Positions 40,143-52,946 of a stretch of DNA of 53,532 bases are shown in pieces. This stretch comes from Guillardia theta CCMP2712 (taxonomy: Eukaryota > Protista > Cryptophyta). The notes under the pieces are model-generated. The model was not told the DNA's origin. It ran no database searches and worked only from the letters and a program-made list of their open reading frames with translations. The stretch lies in assembly GCF_000315625.1 (NCBI RefSeq), contig NW_005434507.1:1-53532 (forward strand), written 5' to 3'. A program made the translations under genes and the position numbers. Position 1 is the stretch's first letter, and every line of letters begins with the position of its first letter.

Positions 40143-42285
40143 GCGATGGAGCTCTGGGTGGCCGCCTGCATCGAAGACGACGGCGCTTACAAGCAGCCAG
40201 CCACTGCTCCCTCCCTCAACCGCTGAGCCCCTCTTTCTCTCTCCCTCCGCAGTCTCTACGCTTTTGCCTCCCTCCGTTCCTCCCTGAAGACCACTCCTTT
40301 GTTACGAAGCAGTTAAGACGAGTGTGCTGTTGTCGTTGTGAGAGCTTTGAAACTCTCAAGGTGGAGAGTTTTTTTCCCGCGTCTATCAATGGCCTTCTGA
40401 GACGAGGACGGTCTGTGCTGTGTGAGTATGCTACTCGAACTCTTTCTTTACTTCCCTTCTTGTGAGTCGAGAGATCAGACAGCAATAGCAGATTCACATC
40501 CTATCATTGGTAGCCTAAGGTTGGTTGTGTTGGAACTCAACACACGAAGAGACACACGATGAGTAGAATCCTGGACTTGACACCTAGGACAACAACCAGG
40601 CGCCGCTTGAAGCACGGGTGGGACGCCCGGCCGCCTTTCCCACACGAGGGATGCTTTTGAGAGATCGTTGATATCGAGGTTGAGTGTCGTAAGCAATGCG
40701 ATCACGATGAGGAAGAAGAAAGAGCATCCACAAAATGTAGAAAGCAGCCACCATGTGGATTTCAGAGTCTAGATCATTTCAGATCTCAGACTGTAGGGTT
40801 TGTATCAACGTTGTTGATTGTAGGGGTCTTTTATGATGATGAAACGTTGAGAGGAGCATCCATCCCCGGCATATGCAAACCAGCTGGCACATACATGCTT
40901 GAAGGCTCTCGTTGGCATGCCAGCAGACGAGTCAGGGTGGCACCTTTGCGGAAGGTTCTGTAAGGAACATCTCCAGCAACATAGATGATCTAACATACAA
41001 AGAAAGCCACACAGACAAACCATGCTTCGATCTATGAAACCCATGCCGAGAAAGATCCGTCATTTCCTTGACGAGATGACGGAGATACGCAACGTCAAAG
41101 CGCTTGCACTGGGCAGCTGGTAGTCAGTCGCTGCCGAGCCTGCTCTGTGACTCCAGCTCGGGGAACTACTCGAGCGTGAGTATGAATCCGAAAATGATGA
41201 CTGCTCCCCCAGTGGCTGAGCTCGCATGCAACCACCGGTCCTAAGCCTAGCTATTCCATCCGATTGGAGGGTGGGGTGTCGCGGACTGCCCTTTCGAGTG
41301 GGACGTGACTCACACTTGTCAGTTTGAAAAACCGTTGAGCTTGACTCCGCAGATGACGGTAAAAGGAGTGATTTCGGATTCAAAATGTCATATTCAAATC
41401 ACGTACCTTTTCCCAAGTTCCGAAGAAAAAAATCATGAAATGGGGGGTACCGAATAGCCTTCAAGCCTTCGAGGTTTGCCCACCGGTCCTATACCAAGAA
41501 GCCCACCGGTCCTATAACCAGCCTCTGCAGCCCCCGGACTTGATGATCGACTTCTCGGGACGGACCTGGCCGGGGCCCCTTCTGCCTCAATGCTCGCCGA
41601 GTCCGGTGGCCCCGAGGCCGGGGAGATTGAGGGCGTACTACTTGTAGCTCTTCAAGAGCTGAGACCGATTGATGACTCGTAGCTCTTCAAGGGCCAGGAA
41701 GCCTGAGGAGACGGTTGAGCCCTTCCATGTGGTCAGGGCTCTTGCCGGCCCTTCCGCCGGTCAGTCCTGCCAGTAGTCACGGTCCGAGCCTACGTACCCT
41801 ACTTGACTAAGTCCACTGTAAAATCAAACAATAACAGTAGTAATAATGGTACAGATTACTACACAACCCTGCCGATCATTCCCCCAAAAACTTGGGGAAT
41901 GTCGCCGCCAACTCAGCGAGATGCCGCCAGCCGCGGCCGGGCCTACAACCCCTTGCCTTCCACCCCACCCCCCAGGTCGTAGTCAATACTACCAGTCAAT
42001 GTCTCTGGACCCCACCCCCGCCTCCGGCGCTCAAAAGTTGGCAGGACCTGATCCTCCATGTGGTCAGGGCTCTTGCGCGGGGGTGGGGTGTCGCGGCCGG
42101 TCGAGGGGTGGCGGGGGGTTGACAGCGAGTCGACCTCGTAAAGAAAGAAATCAGGCACTGCGGCACTTGGAAAAAAATTATTGTTTTCTCGATACTTTGA
42201 GTAAAACAAGACAGGTTCACTACCGTCCCTCTCCGCTGACCAGCTGCCAGCCCCTGCTCCTCTCCCTCCCTCCGCAGCTCCTGCT

Positions 42286-42909
42286 ATGTCCCCGTCTCTA
42301 CCCCTCCTCCTCCCTCCCTTCCTCCTTGACGACCTCTCCTTCCACCCCTCCTTCCTCCTCCCCATCGACCCCGTCGACATCCCAGACCCCTCCGCTACTA
42401 CCTGTGATGACCGCTGCCTGTCGCCTTGCAGTGTGCTGCCCCTGCCCCTCCTCTTCCCTGACCCTTCCTGCCCCGTCGCCTCTGCCCTCGACCTCTCCTG
42501 GTCCGACGACCCCTCCCTCGACGCCCTGCCGGATCCCGGACCTCCCGGCAGCTGGGGCTCGGAGACCAGCCGCTGGGACGCGGCGGCGCGGAGCAAGCAC
42601 AGCTCGGCGTGTAGGGGCAGGAGCCGGCTGACCGCGCAGGAGAAGCTCGACATCGTCTGCCTCTACTACTCCGCCCCGGCCGCGACCAATAATCGACGGA
42701 CAATCCAGCAGCAGGACTTGTCGAGGAAGTACTGCAAGAGCCGGGCGGCGATCTGCAAGGTGCTGAGGCCGGAGTACGCGAGGGGGGTCATGGCGACGGC
42801 TCAAGGGCTCATGGTCAAGAACCACAACGAGATCCTCGACAACATCGCACAGGAAGAGCGTCGCAAGCACAAGGCCTTGCGCCGAGGGCCATGCGAGGCG
42901 ACTGGCTGA
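42286..42909 (+). CDS. HTH family, array gene A2 (207 aa)
   Basis: Intact frame; QQDLSRKYCKSRAAICKVLR. Confidence 0.8.
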   Translation: MSPSLPLLLPPFLLDDLSFHPSFLLPIDPVDIPDPSATTCDDRCLSPCSVLPLPLLFPDPSCPVASALDLSWSDDPSLDALPDPGPPGSWGSETSRWDAAARSKHSSACRGRSRLTAQEKLDIVCLYYSAPAATNNRRTIQQQDLSRKYCKSRAAICKVLRPEYARGVMATAQGLMVKNHNEILDNIAQEERRKHKALRRGPCEATG

Positions 42910-43695
42910 GAGGTGCGAGGAGGTATTGTGATGCTGCTCAGGGTCCGGACGTAGCGGATACTGCACTGGCTGGGCAGTTGCCCGACCTCCGAGACAGCAG
43001 CGTGTCTGATGGGCTAGACCTGATGCACCTTGCTGGCAACTTCTTGTCATCATGCCTGATCAATGCCGACAGGCATCAGAGCGGGATGAAGGGGCTCGAC
43101 TTGCTAGGTGCTCGCGCGGGGCGATTTGGAGGACGACTTGCCCGCCGATTGGTGGTGGGCCCGAGTGAAGAACTTGGAAGCACTGGCAAAATAGTATGCG
43201 TGAGGCGGCCGATTGACGCTAGCCTCCAAATGTCTAGATCCTAGTTCATTTGACATCAATCCGAGATTTACATACGTTTAGATCCAAAATATCACAAACA
43301 AACATGGCTCCATGACTCTTTCATGGGCGAAGTGGGTGGATGAGGGTCTTGCTGGTGTTCAACTTGGAATCAGTCAAGATCCCTGAATAGTCTTCATCAA
43401 GAGATGTGAACGACATTGATTCACAATCATGACATGAAAGGTATTTGCGGCAGGCCGGGCAGCATATGTAGATCTTACTGTTATTGGTAAGATGATGTTG
43501 AAGAGCCAGCACAACTATCCATGTCGACCCCCCTACATAACCGTGATCCGATCTCGAATCACACGCCGCATGTTGTTCAAAACCTGTGTTTTGACCTTCA
43601 GGCTCCCTTGAATGAGAAGTCTTGATGAGACCATGATGCCTATGCAACGGTTTCTGAGTATCATGTTGAGTACATTGAAAGTGTTTGGAAAGACT

Positions 43696-43743
43696 ACTCT
43701 CCTGATTGTCCTTGTACTAATTTTTAACTTAATTTTGAGTGAA
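43696..43743 (+). mobile_element. Terminal ~48-bp fragment of the dispersed repeat, inserted in array unit 2
   Basis: ACTCTCCTGATTGTCCTTGTACTAATTTTTAACTTAATTTTGAGTGAA; also in unit 3 (48698-48747), absent from unit 1 (~38830). Confidence 0.7.
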
Positions 43744-44535
43744 AAGTTGTATACATCTTGCAATTTCGGTCACAGCGGGCCTGCTCTAGAGTCAGCCCGA
43801 TTCCTTGTCACTGAGACTCCCGGGAGGCACCATCGGAGTCGATCCCCGGCCCGCCGCCCCGACCCGCCGGCCCCACGAAAGTGAAATAAATAATAATAAA
43901 CCATGAAAGGATAATTTTACTACTCTCCAGCAAGTATGTGACCAGCGACTCAAACAAGCAAGCGATCACCGGTCCTGATAACAGTGATCAGGGCTCGAGG
44001 GGGGGTGGGTGTCGCGGACTGGGGAAGCCCGTGACTCTCCGGAGCAGTACCAGGGGTACACGTCGAGTCGAGTCGGACTGGTGACTCAAAAAAGAAAAGT
44101 TTAATACCGTCCACTACCCCTCCTGTTCTCCACTAGTGAACTATCACAGCCCACCGGTCCAGTCTCCCTCAGTGGGGGAATGTCGCTACCATGTTGTCTT
44201 TTCGGTCCGCGACTCTCCGCCTGACAAGATGGAATGAAGACACCCCTGAAGAGGGGGGTAGTGCGCGAGGTAGGCTGGTGGCGGGGGGTACACAGCGAGT
44301 CGGACTCGTAAAGAAAGTAAGCAGACGCTTATAACAAAAAGGTAGTCATCGGTCCTCCTTTAAAAATTAGAAGTTTACTACAGGTCGTAGTCATCCCGTG
44401 GAACCACTGCCGATTCCCAAGAGTGGGGGAATGTCGCTAACTCCTGCTGTCCCCTTGGCTTACAAGCTGCCAGCCCCTGCTCCCTCCCTCACCCGCTGAG
44501 CCCCTCCTCCTATCCCTCCCTCCGCAGCTCCTGCT

Positions 44536-45183
44536 ATGTCCCCGTCTCTACCCCTCCTCCTCCCTCCCTTCCTCCTTGACGACCTCTCCTTCCACCCCTC
44601 CTTCCTCCTCCCCATCGACCCCGTCGACATCCCAGACCCCTCCGCTACTACCTGTGATGACCGCTGCCTGTCGCCTTGCAGTGTGCTGCCCCTGCCCCTC
44701 CTCTTCCCTGACCCTCCCTGCCCCGTCGCCTCTGCCCTCGACCTCTCCTGGCCCGACGACCCCTCCCTCGACGCCCTGCCGGATCCCGGACCTCCCGGCA
44801 GCTGGGGCCCGGAGACCAGCCGCTGGGACGCGGCGGCGCGGAGCAAGCACAGCTCGGCGTGCAGGGGCAGGAGCCGGCTGACCGCGCAGGAGAAGCTCGA
44901 CATCGTCTGCCTCTACTACTCCGCGCCGGCCACGACCAAGCACCGACGGACGATACGACAGCAGGACCTGTCGAGGATGTACGGGAAGAGCGGGCCAGCG
45001 ATCAGCAAGGTGCTGAGGCCGGAGTACGCGAGGGGGGTCATGGCAACGGCTCAAGGGCTCATGGTCAAGAACCGCAACGAGATCCTTCACAACATCGCGG
45101 AGGAGCGTCTCAAGGAGGAGACCCAGCAGACAATCACAACACTCAAGGTCATGCGCCGAGGGCCAGGGAGAGCGACTGGCTGA
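44536..45183 (+). CDS. HTH family, array gene B2 (215 aa)
   Basis: Intact frame, nearly identical to B1. Confidence 0.8.
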   Translation: MSPSLPLLLPPFLLDDLSFHPSFLLPIDPVDIPDPSATTCDDRCLSPCSVLPLPLLFPDPPCPVASALDLSWPDDPSLDALPDPGPPGSWGPETSRWDAAARSKHSSACRGRSRLTAQEKLDIVCLYYSAPATTKHRRTIRQQDLSRMYGKSGPAISKVLRPEYARGVMATAQGLMVKNRNEILHNIAEERLKEETQQTITTLKVMRRGPGRATG

Positions 45184-47326
45184 GCGATGGAGCTCTGGGT
45201 GGCCGCCTGCATCGAAGACGACGGCGCTTACATGCAGCCAGCCACTGCTCCCTCCCTCAACCGCTGAGCCCCTCTTTCTCTCTCCCTCCGCAGTCTCTAC
45301 GCTTTTGCCTCCCTCCGTTCCTCCCTGAAGACCACTCCTTTGTTACGAAGCAGTTAAGACGAGTGTGCTGTTGTCGTTGTAAGAGCTTTGAAACTCTCAA
45401 GGTGGAGAGTTTTTTTCCCGCGTCTATCAATGGCCTTCTGAGACGAGGACGGTCTGTGCTGTGTGAGTATGCTACTCGAACTCTTTCTCTACTTCCCTTC
45501 TTGTGAGTCGAGAGATCAGACAGCAATAGCAGATTCACATCCTATCATTGGTAGCCTAAGGTTGGTTGTGTTGGAACTCAACACACGAAGAGACACACGA
45601 TGAGTAGAATCCTGGACTTGACACCTAGGACAACAACCAGGCGCCGCTTGAAGCACGGGTGGGACGCCCGGCCGCCTTTCCCACACGAGGGATGCTTTTG
45701 AGAGATCGTTGATATCGAGGTTGTGTCTCGTAAGCAATGCGATCACGATGAGGAAGAAGAAAGAGCATCCACAAAATGTAGAAAGCAGCCACCATGTGGA
45801 TTTCAGAGTCTAGATCATTTCAGATCTCAGACCGTAGGGTTTGTATCAACGTTGTTGATTGTAGGGGTCTTTTATGATGATGAAACGTTGAGAGGAGCAT
45901 CCATCCCCGGCATATGCAAACCAGCTGGCACATACATGCTTGAAGGCTCTCGTTGGCATGCCAGCAGACGAGTCAGGGTGGCACCTTTGCGGAAGGTTCT
46001 GTAAGGAACATCTCCAGCAACATAGATGATCTAACATACAAAGAAAGCCACACAGACAAACCATGCTTCGATCTATGAAACCCATGCCGAGAAAGATCCG
46101 TCACTTCCTTGACGAGATGACGGAGATACGCAACGTCAAAGCGCTTGCACTGGGCAGCTAGTAGTCAGTCGCTGCCGAGCCTGCTCTGTGACTCCAGCTC
46201 AGGGAACTACTCGAGCGTGAGTATGAATCCGAAAATGATGACTGCTCCCCCAGTGGCTGAGCTCGCATGCAACCACCGGTCCTATGCCTAGCTATTCCAT
46301 CCGATTGGAGGGTGGGGTGTCGCGGACTGCCCTTCCGAGTGGGACGTGACTCACACTTGTCAGTTTGAAAAACCGTTGAGCTTGACTCCGAAGATGACGG
46401 TAAAAGGAGTGATTTCGGGTTCAATGTCATATTCAAATCACGTACCTTTTCCCAAGTTCCGAAGAAAAAAATCATGAAATGGGGGGTACCGAATAGCCTT
46501 CAAGCCTTCGAGGTTTGCCCACCGGTCCTATACCAAGAAGCCCACCGGTCCTATAACCAGCCTCTGCAGCCCCCGGACTTGATGATCGACTTCTCGGGAC
46601 GGACCTGGCCGGGGCCCCTTCTGCCTCAATGCTCGCCGAGTCCGGTGGCCCCGAGGCCGGGGAGATTGAGGGTGTACTACTTGTAGCTCTTCAAGAGCTG
46701 AGACCGATTGATGACTCGTAGCTCTTCAAGGGCCAGGAAGCCTGAGGAGACGGTTGAGCCCTTCCATGTGGTCAGGGCTCTTGCCGGCCCTTCCGCCGGT
46801 CAGTCCTGCCAGTAGTCACGGTCCGAGCCTACGTACCCTACTTGACTAAGTCCACTGTAAAATCAAACAATAACAGTAGTAATAATGGTACAGATTACTA
46901 CACAACCCTGCCGATCATTCCCCCAAAAACTTGGGGAATGTCGCCGCCAACTCAGCGAGATGCCGCCAGCCGCGGCCGGGCCTACAACCCCTCGCCTTCC
47001 ACCCCACCCCCCAGGTCGTAGTCAATACTACCAGTCAATGTCTCTGGACCCTACCCCCGCCTCCGGCGCTCAAAAGTTGGCAGGACCTGATCCTCCATGT
47101 GGTCAGGGCTCTTGCGCGGGGGTGGGGTGTCGCGGACCGGTCGAGGGGTGGCGGGGGGTTGACAGCGAGTCGACCTCGTAAAGAAAGAAATCAGGCACTG
47201 CGGCACTTGGAAAAAAATTATTGTTTTCTCGATACTTTGAGTAAAACAAGACAGGTTCACTACCGTCCCTCTCCGCTGACCAGCTGCCAGCCCCTGCTTC
47301 CTCTCCCTCCCTCCGCAGCTCCTGCT

Positions 47327-47950
47327 ATGTCCCCGTCTCTACCCCTCCTCCTCCCTCCCTTCCTCCTTGACGACCTCTCCTTCCACCCCTCCTTCCTCCT
47401 CCCCATCGACCCCGTCGACATCCCAGACCCCTCCGCTACTACCTGTGATGACCGCTGCCTGTCGCCTTGCAGTGTGCTGCCCCTGCCCCTCCTCTTCCCT
47501 GACCCTCCCTGCCCCGTCGCCTCTGCCCTCGACCTCTCCTGGTCCGACGACCCCTCCCTCGACGCCCTGCCGGATCCCGGACCTCCCGGCAGCTGGGGCC
47601 CGGAGACCAGCCGCTGGGACGCGGCGGCGCGGAGCAAGCACAGCTCGGCGTGCAGGGGCAGGAGCCGGCTGACCGCGCAGGAGAAGCTCGACATCGTCTG
47701 CCTCTACTACTCCGCCCCGGCCGCGACCAATAATCGACGGACAATCCAGCAGCAGGACCTGTCGAGGAAGTACTGCAAGAGCCGGGCGGCGATCTGCAAG
47801 GTGCTGAGGCCGGAGTACGCGAGGGGGGTCATGGCGACGGCTCAAGGGCTCATGGTCAAGAACCACAACGAGATCCTCGACAACATCGCACAGGAAGAGC
47901 GTCGCAAGCACAAGGCCTTGCGCCGAGGGCCAAGCGAGGCGACTGGCTGA
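47327..47950 (+). CDS. HTH family, array gene A3 (207 aa)
   Basis: Intact frame from the conserved ATG (MSPSLPLLL). Confidence 0.8.
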   Translation: MSPSLPLLLPPFLLDDLSFHPSFLLPIDPVDIPDPSATTCDDRCLSPCSVLPLPLLFPDPPCPVASALDLSWSDDPSLDALPDPGPPGSWGPETSRWDAAARSKHSSACRGRSRLTAQEKLDIVCLYYSAPAATNNRRTIQQQDLSRKYCKSRAAICKVLRPEYARGVMATAQGLMVKNHNEILDNIAQEERRKHKALRRGPSEATG

Positions 47951-49555
47951 GAGGTGCGAGGAGGTATTGTGATGCTGCTCAGGGTCCGGACGTAGCGGAT
48001 ACTGCACTGGCTGGGCAGTTGCCCGACCTCCGAGACAGCAGCGTGTCTGACGGGCTAGACCTGATGCACCTTGCTGGCAACTTCTTGTCATCATGCCTGA
48101 TCAATGCCGACAGGCATCAGAGCGGGATGAAGGGGCTCGACTTGCTAAGTGCTCGCGCGGGGCGATTTGGAGGACGACTTGCCCGCCGATTGGTGGTGGG
48201 CCAGAGTGAAGAACTTGGAAGCACTGGCAAAATAGTATGCGTGAGGCGGCCGATTGACGCTAGCCTCCAAATGTCTAGATCCTAGTTCATTTGACATCAA
48301 TCCGAGATTTACATACGTTTAGATCCAAAATATCACAAACAAACATGGCTCCATGACTCTTTCATGGGCGAAGTGGGTGGATGAGGCTCTTGCTGGTGTT
48401 CAACTTGGAATCAGTCAAGATCCCTGAATTGAACGACATTGATTTACAATCATGACATAAAAGGTATTTGCGGCAGGCAGCATTATGCAGATCTTACTGT
48501 TATTGGTAAGGTGATGTTGAAGAGCCAGCACAACTATCCATGTCGACCCCCCTACATAACATCTCGAACAACACGCATGTTGTTCAAAACCTGTGTTCTG
48601 ACCTTCTCCCTTGAATGAGAAGTCTTGATGAGACCATGATGCCTATGCAACGGTTTCTGAGTATCAAGTTGAGTACATTGAAAGAGTTTGGAGAGACTAC
48701 TCTCCTGATTGTCCTCGTACTGATTTGTAACTTAACTTTGAGTAAAAAGTTGTATACATCGGCAGTCACTTTCGGTCACAGCGGGCCTGCTCTAGACGGT
48801 CAGCCCGATTCCTTGGCACTGAGACTTTCGGGAGGCACCATCGGAGTCGATCCCCGGCCCGCCGGCCCCACGAAAGTGAAATAAATAACTAAGGCACTTA
48901 CTTTAGTCAAAGTTAAGTTAAAAATCAGTACGGCTTGACCCTGACACTGTCGCACAGAAATAAAATAATAATTAACCATGAAAGGATAATTTTACTCCTC
49001 TCCAGCAAGTATGTGACCAGCACCTCAAACAAGCAAGCGATCACCGGTCCTGATAAGACTGTGATCAGGGCTCTAGGGGGGTGGGGTGTCGCGGACTGGG
49101 GAAGCCCGTGACTCTCCGGAGCAGTACCAGGGGTACACGTCGAGTCCGCAACTCTCCACCCCCCAAGACCCCTTGAGTACTGACTGTACAACTTATGGAA
49201 TGAGGACACCCCTGAACTTATGGAATGAGGACACCACTGAAGGGGGGGTAGTGGGGGAGGTAGGGTGGTGGCGGGGGGTACACAGCGAGTCGGACTCGTA
49301 AAGAAAGTAAGCAGACGCTTATAACAAAAAGGTAGTCATCGGTCCTCCTTTAAAAATCAGAAGTTTACTACCGTCCCCCACCCCACCCCACCCCTCCGGC
49401 CCGATGACATGTCATCCCGTGGGACCACTGCCGATTCCCAAGAGTGGGGGAATGTCGCTACCTCCTGCTGTCCCCTTGGCTTACAAGCTGCCAGCCCCTG
49501 CTCCCTCCCTCACCCGCTGAGCCCCTCCTCCTCTCCCTCCCTCCGCAGCTCTGCT

Positions 49556-50200
49556 ATGTCCCGTCTCTGCCCTTCCTCCTCCCTCCCTTCTCCTTGACGA
49601 CCTCTCTTTCCACCCTCTTTCCTCCTCCCCATCGACCCCGTCGACATCCCAGACCCCTCCGCTACTACCTGTGATGACCGCTGCCTGTCGCCTTGCAGTG
49701 TGCTGCCCCTGCCCCTCCTCTTCCCTGACCCTCCCTGCCCCGTCGCCTCTGCCCTCGACCTCTCCTGGCCCGACGACCCCTCCCTCGACGCCCTGCCGGA
49801 TCCCGGACCTCCCGGCAGCTGGGGCTTGGAGACCAGCCGCTGGGACGCGGCGGCGCGGAGCAAGCACAGCTCGGCGTGCAGGGGCAGGAGCCGGCTGACC
49901 GCGCAGGAGAAGCTCGACATCGTCTGCCTCTACTACTCCGCCCCGGCCACGACCAAGCACCGACGGACGATACGACAGCAGGACCTGTCCAGGATGTACG
50001 GGAAGAGCGGGCCAGCGATCAGCAAGGTGCTGAGGCCGGAGTACGCGAGGGGGGTCATGGCGACGGCTCAAGGGCTCATGGTCAAGAACCGCAACGAGAT
50101 CCTCCACAACATCGCGGAGGAGCGTCTCAAGGAGGAGACCCAGCAGACCATCACAACACTCAAGGTCATGCGCCGAGGGCCAGGGAGAGCGACTGGCTGA
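49556..50200 (+). pseudogene. HTH family, array gene B3, with three single-base deletions near the 5' end (pseudogene or sequencing error)
   Basis: ATG 49556 reads MSRLCPSSSLPSP* because of 1-nt losses in C/T-rich tracts; the downstream frame, including the HTH, is intact. Confidence 0.6.
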
Positions 50201-52322
50201 GCGATGGAGCTCTGGGTGGCCGCCTGCATCGAAGACGACGGCGCGTACAAGCAGCCAGCCACTGCTCCCTCCCTCACCCGCTGAGCCCCTCTTCCTCTCT
50301 CCCTCCGCAGTCTCTACGCTTTCTCCTCCCTCCCTTCCTCCCTGAAGACCACTCCTTTGTTCCGAAGCAGTTAAGACGAGTGTGCTGTTGTCGTTGTAAG
50401 AGCATTCAAACTCTCAAGGTGGAGAGTTTTTTTCCCGCGTCTATCAATGGCCTTCTGAGACGAGGACGGTCTGTGCTGTGTGAGTATGCTACTCGAACTC
50501 TTTCTCTACTTCCCTTCTTGTGAGTCGAGAGATCAGACAGCAACAGCAGATTCATATCCTATCATTGGTAGCCTAAGGTTGGTTGTGTTGGAACTCAACA
50601 CGCAAAGAGACACACGATGAGTAGAATCCTGGACTTGACACCTAGGACAACAACCAGGCGCCGCTTGAAGCACGGGTGGGACGCCCGGCCGCCTTTCCCA
50701 CACGAGGGATGCTTTTGAGAGATCGTTGATATCGAGGTTGTGTCTCGTAAGCAATGCGATCACGATGAGGAAAAAGAAAGAGCATCCACAAAATGTAGAA
50801 AGCAGCCACCATGTGGATTTCAGAGCCTAGATCATTTCAGATCTCAGACTGTAGGGTTTGTATCAACGTTGTTGATTGTAGGGGTCTTTTATGATGATGA
50901 AACGTTGAGAGGAGCATCCATCCCCGGCATATGCAAACCAGCTGGCACATACATGCTTGGAGGCTCTCGTTGGCATGCCAGCAGACGAGTCAGGGTGGCA
51001 CCTTTGCGAGAGGTTCTGTAAGGAACATGTCCAGCAACATAGCTGATGTAACATACAAAGAAAGCCACACAAACCATGCTTCGATCATTGAAACCCATGC
51101 CGAGAAAGATCCGTCACTTCCTTGACGAGATGACGGAGATTCGCAACGTCAATGCGCTTGCACTGGGCAGCTAGTAGTCAGTCGCTGCCGAGCCTGCTCT
51201 GTGACTCCAGCTCAGGGAACTACTCGAGCGTGAGTATGAATCCGAAAATGATGACTGCTCCCCCAGTGGCCGAGCTCGCATGCAACCACCGGTCCTATGC
51301 CTAGCTATTCCATCCGATTGGAGGGTGGGGTGTCGCGGACTGCCCTTCCGAGTGGGACGTGACTCACACTTGTCAGTTTGAAAAACCGTTGAGCTTGACT
51401 CCGAAGATGACGGTAAAAGGAGTGATTTCGGGTTCAATGTCATATTCGAATCACGTACCTTTTCCCAAGTTCCGAAGAAAAAAATCATGAAATGGGGGGT
51501 ACCGAATAGCCTTCAAGCCTTCGAGGTTTGCCCACCGGTCCTATACCAAGAAGCCCACCGGTCCTATAACCAGCCTCTGCAGCCCCCGGACTTGATGATC
51601 GACTTCTCGGGACGGACCTGGCCGGGGCCCCTTCTGCCTCAACGCTCTCCGAGTCCAGTGGCCCCGGGGCCAGGAAGATCAAGGGCGTACTACTTGTAGC
51701 TCTTCAAGAGCTGAGACCGATTGATGACTCGTAGCTCTTCAAGGGCCAGGAAGCCGGAGGAGACGGTTGAGCCCTCCCACGTGGCCAAGGTCTCTTGCCG
51801 GCCCTTCCGCCGGTCAGTCCTGCCAGTAGTCACGGTCCGAGCCTACGTACCCTACTTGACTAAGTCCAGTAAAATCAAACAATAACAGTAGTAATAATGG
51901 TACAGATTACTACACAACCCTGCCGATCATTCCCCCAAAAACTGGGGGAATGTCGCCGCCAACTCAGCGAGATGCCGCCAGCCGCGGCCGGGCCTACAAC
52001 CCCTTGCCTTCCACCCCACCCCCCAGGTCGTAGTCAATACTACCAGTCAATGTCTCTGGACCCTACCCCCGCCCCCGCTCAAAAGTTGGCAGGACCTGAT
52101 CCTCCATGTGGTCAGGGCTCTTGCGCGGGGGTGGGGTGTCGCGGACCGGTCGAGGGGTGGCGGGGGGTTGACAGCGAGTCGACCTCGTAAAGAAAGAAAT
52201 CAGGCACTGCGGCACTTGGAAAAAAATATGCTATGTGTAAAACAAGACAGGTTCACTACCGTCCCTCTCCGCTGACCAGCTGCCAGCCCCTGCTTCCTCT
52301 CCCTCCCTCCGCAGCTCCTGCT

Positions 52323-52946
52323 ATGTCCCCGTCTCTACCCCTCCTCCTCCCTCCCTTCCTCCTTGACGACCTCTCCTTCCACCCCTCCTTCCTCCTCCCC
52401 ATCGACCCCGTCGACATCCCAGACCCCTCCGCTACTACCTGTGATGACCGCTGCCTGTCGCCTTGCAGTGTGCTGCCCCTGCCCCTCCTCTTCCCTGACC
52501 CTCCCTGCCCCGTCGCCTCTGCCCTTGACCTCTCCTCGTCCGACGACCCCTCCCTCGACGCCCTGCCGGATCCCGGACCTCCCGGCAGCTGGGGCCCGGA
52601 GACCAGCCGCTGGGACGCGGCGGCGCGGAGCAAGCACAGCTCGGCGTGCAGGGGCATGAGCCGGCTGACCGCGCAGGAGAAGCTCGACATCGTCTGCCTC
52701 TACTACTCCGCCCCGGCCGCGACCAAGCACCGACGGACAATCCAGCAGCAGGACCTGTCGAGGAAGTACTGCAAGAGCCGGGCGGCGATCTGCAAGGTGC
52801 TGAGGCCGGAGTACGCGAGGGGGGTCATGGCGACGGCTCAAGGGCTCATGGTCAAGAACCACAACGAGATCCTCGACAACATCGCACAGGAAGAGCGTCG
52901 CAAGCACAAGGCCTTGCGCCGAGGGCCAAGCGAGGCGACTGGCTGA
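52323..52946 (+). CDS. HTH family, array gene A4 (207 aa)
   Basis: Intact frame; MSRLTAQEKLD...KHRRTIQQQDLSRKYCKSRAAICKVLR. Confidence 0.8.
   Translation: MSPSLPLLLPPFLLDDLSFHPSFLLPIDPVDIPDPSATTCDDRCLSPCSVLPLPLLFPDPPCPVASALDLSSSDDPSLDALPDPGPPGSWGPETSRWDAAARSKHSSACRGMSRLTAQEKLDIVCLYYSAPAATKHRRTIQQQDLSRKYCKSRAAICKVLRPEYARGVMATAQGLMVKNHNEILDNIAQEERRKHKALRRGPSEATG

Noticed and set aside
40142-41400. Short ORFs in array spacers (e.g. MGFIDRSM..., MKWGVPNS..., MNPKSLLL...)
   Set aside because: They recur only because the unit is duplicated; frames break between units and no domain is recognisable. A spliced or decayed gene cannot be excluded
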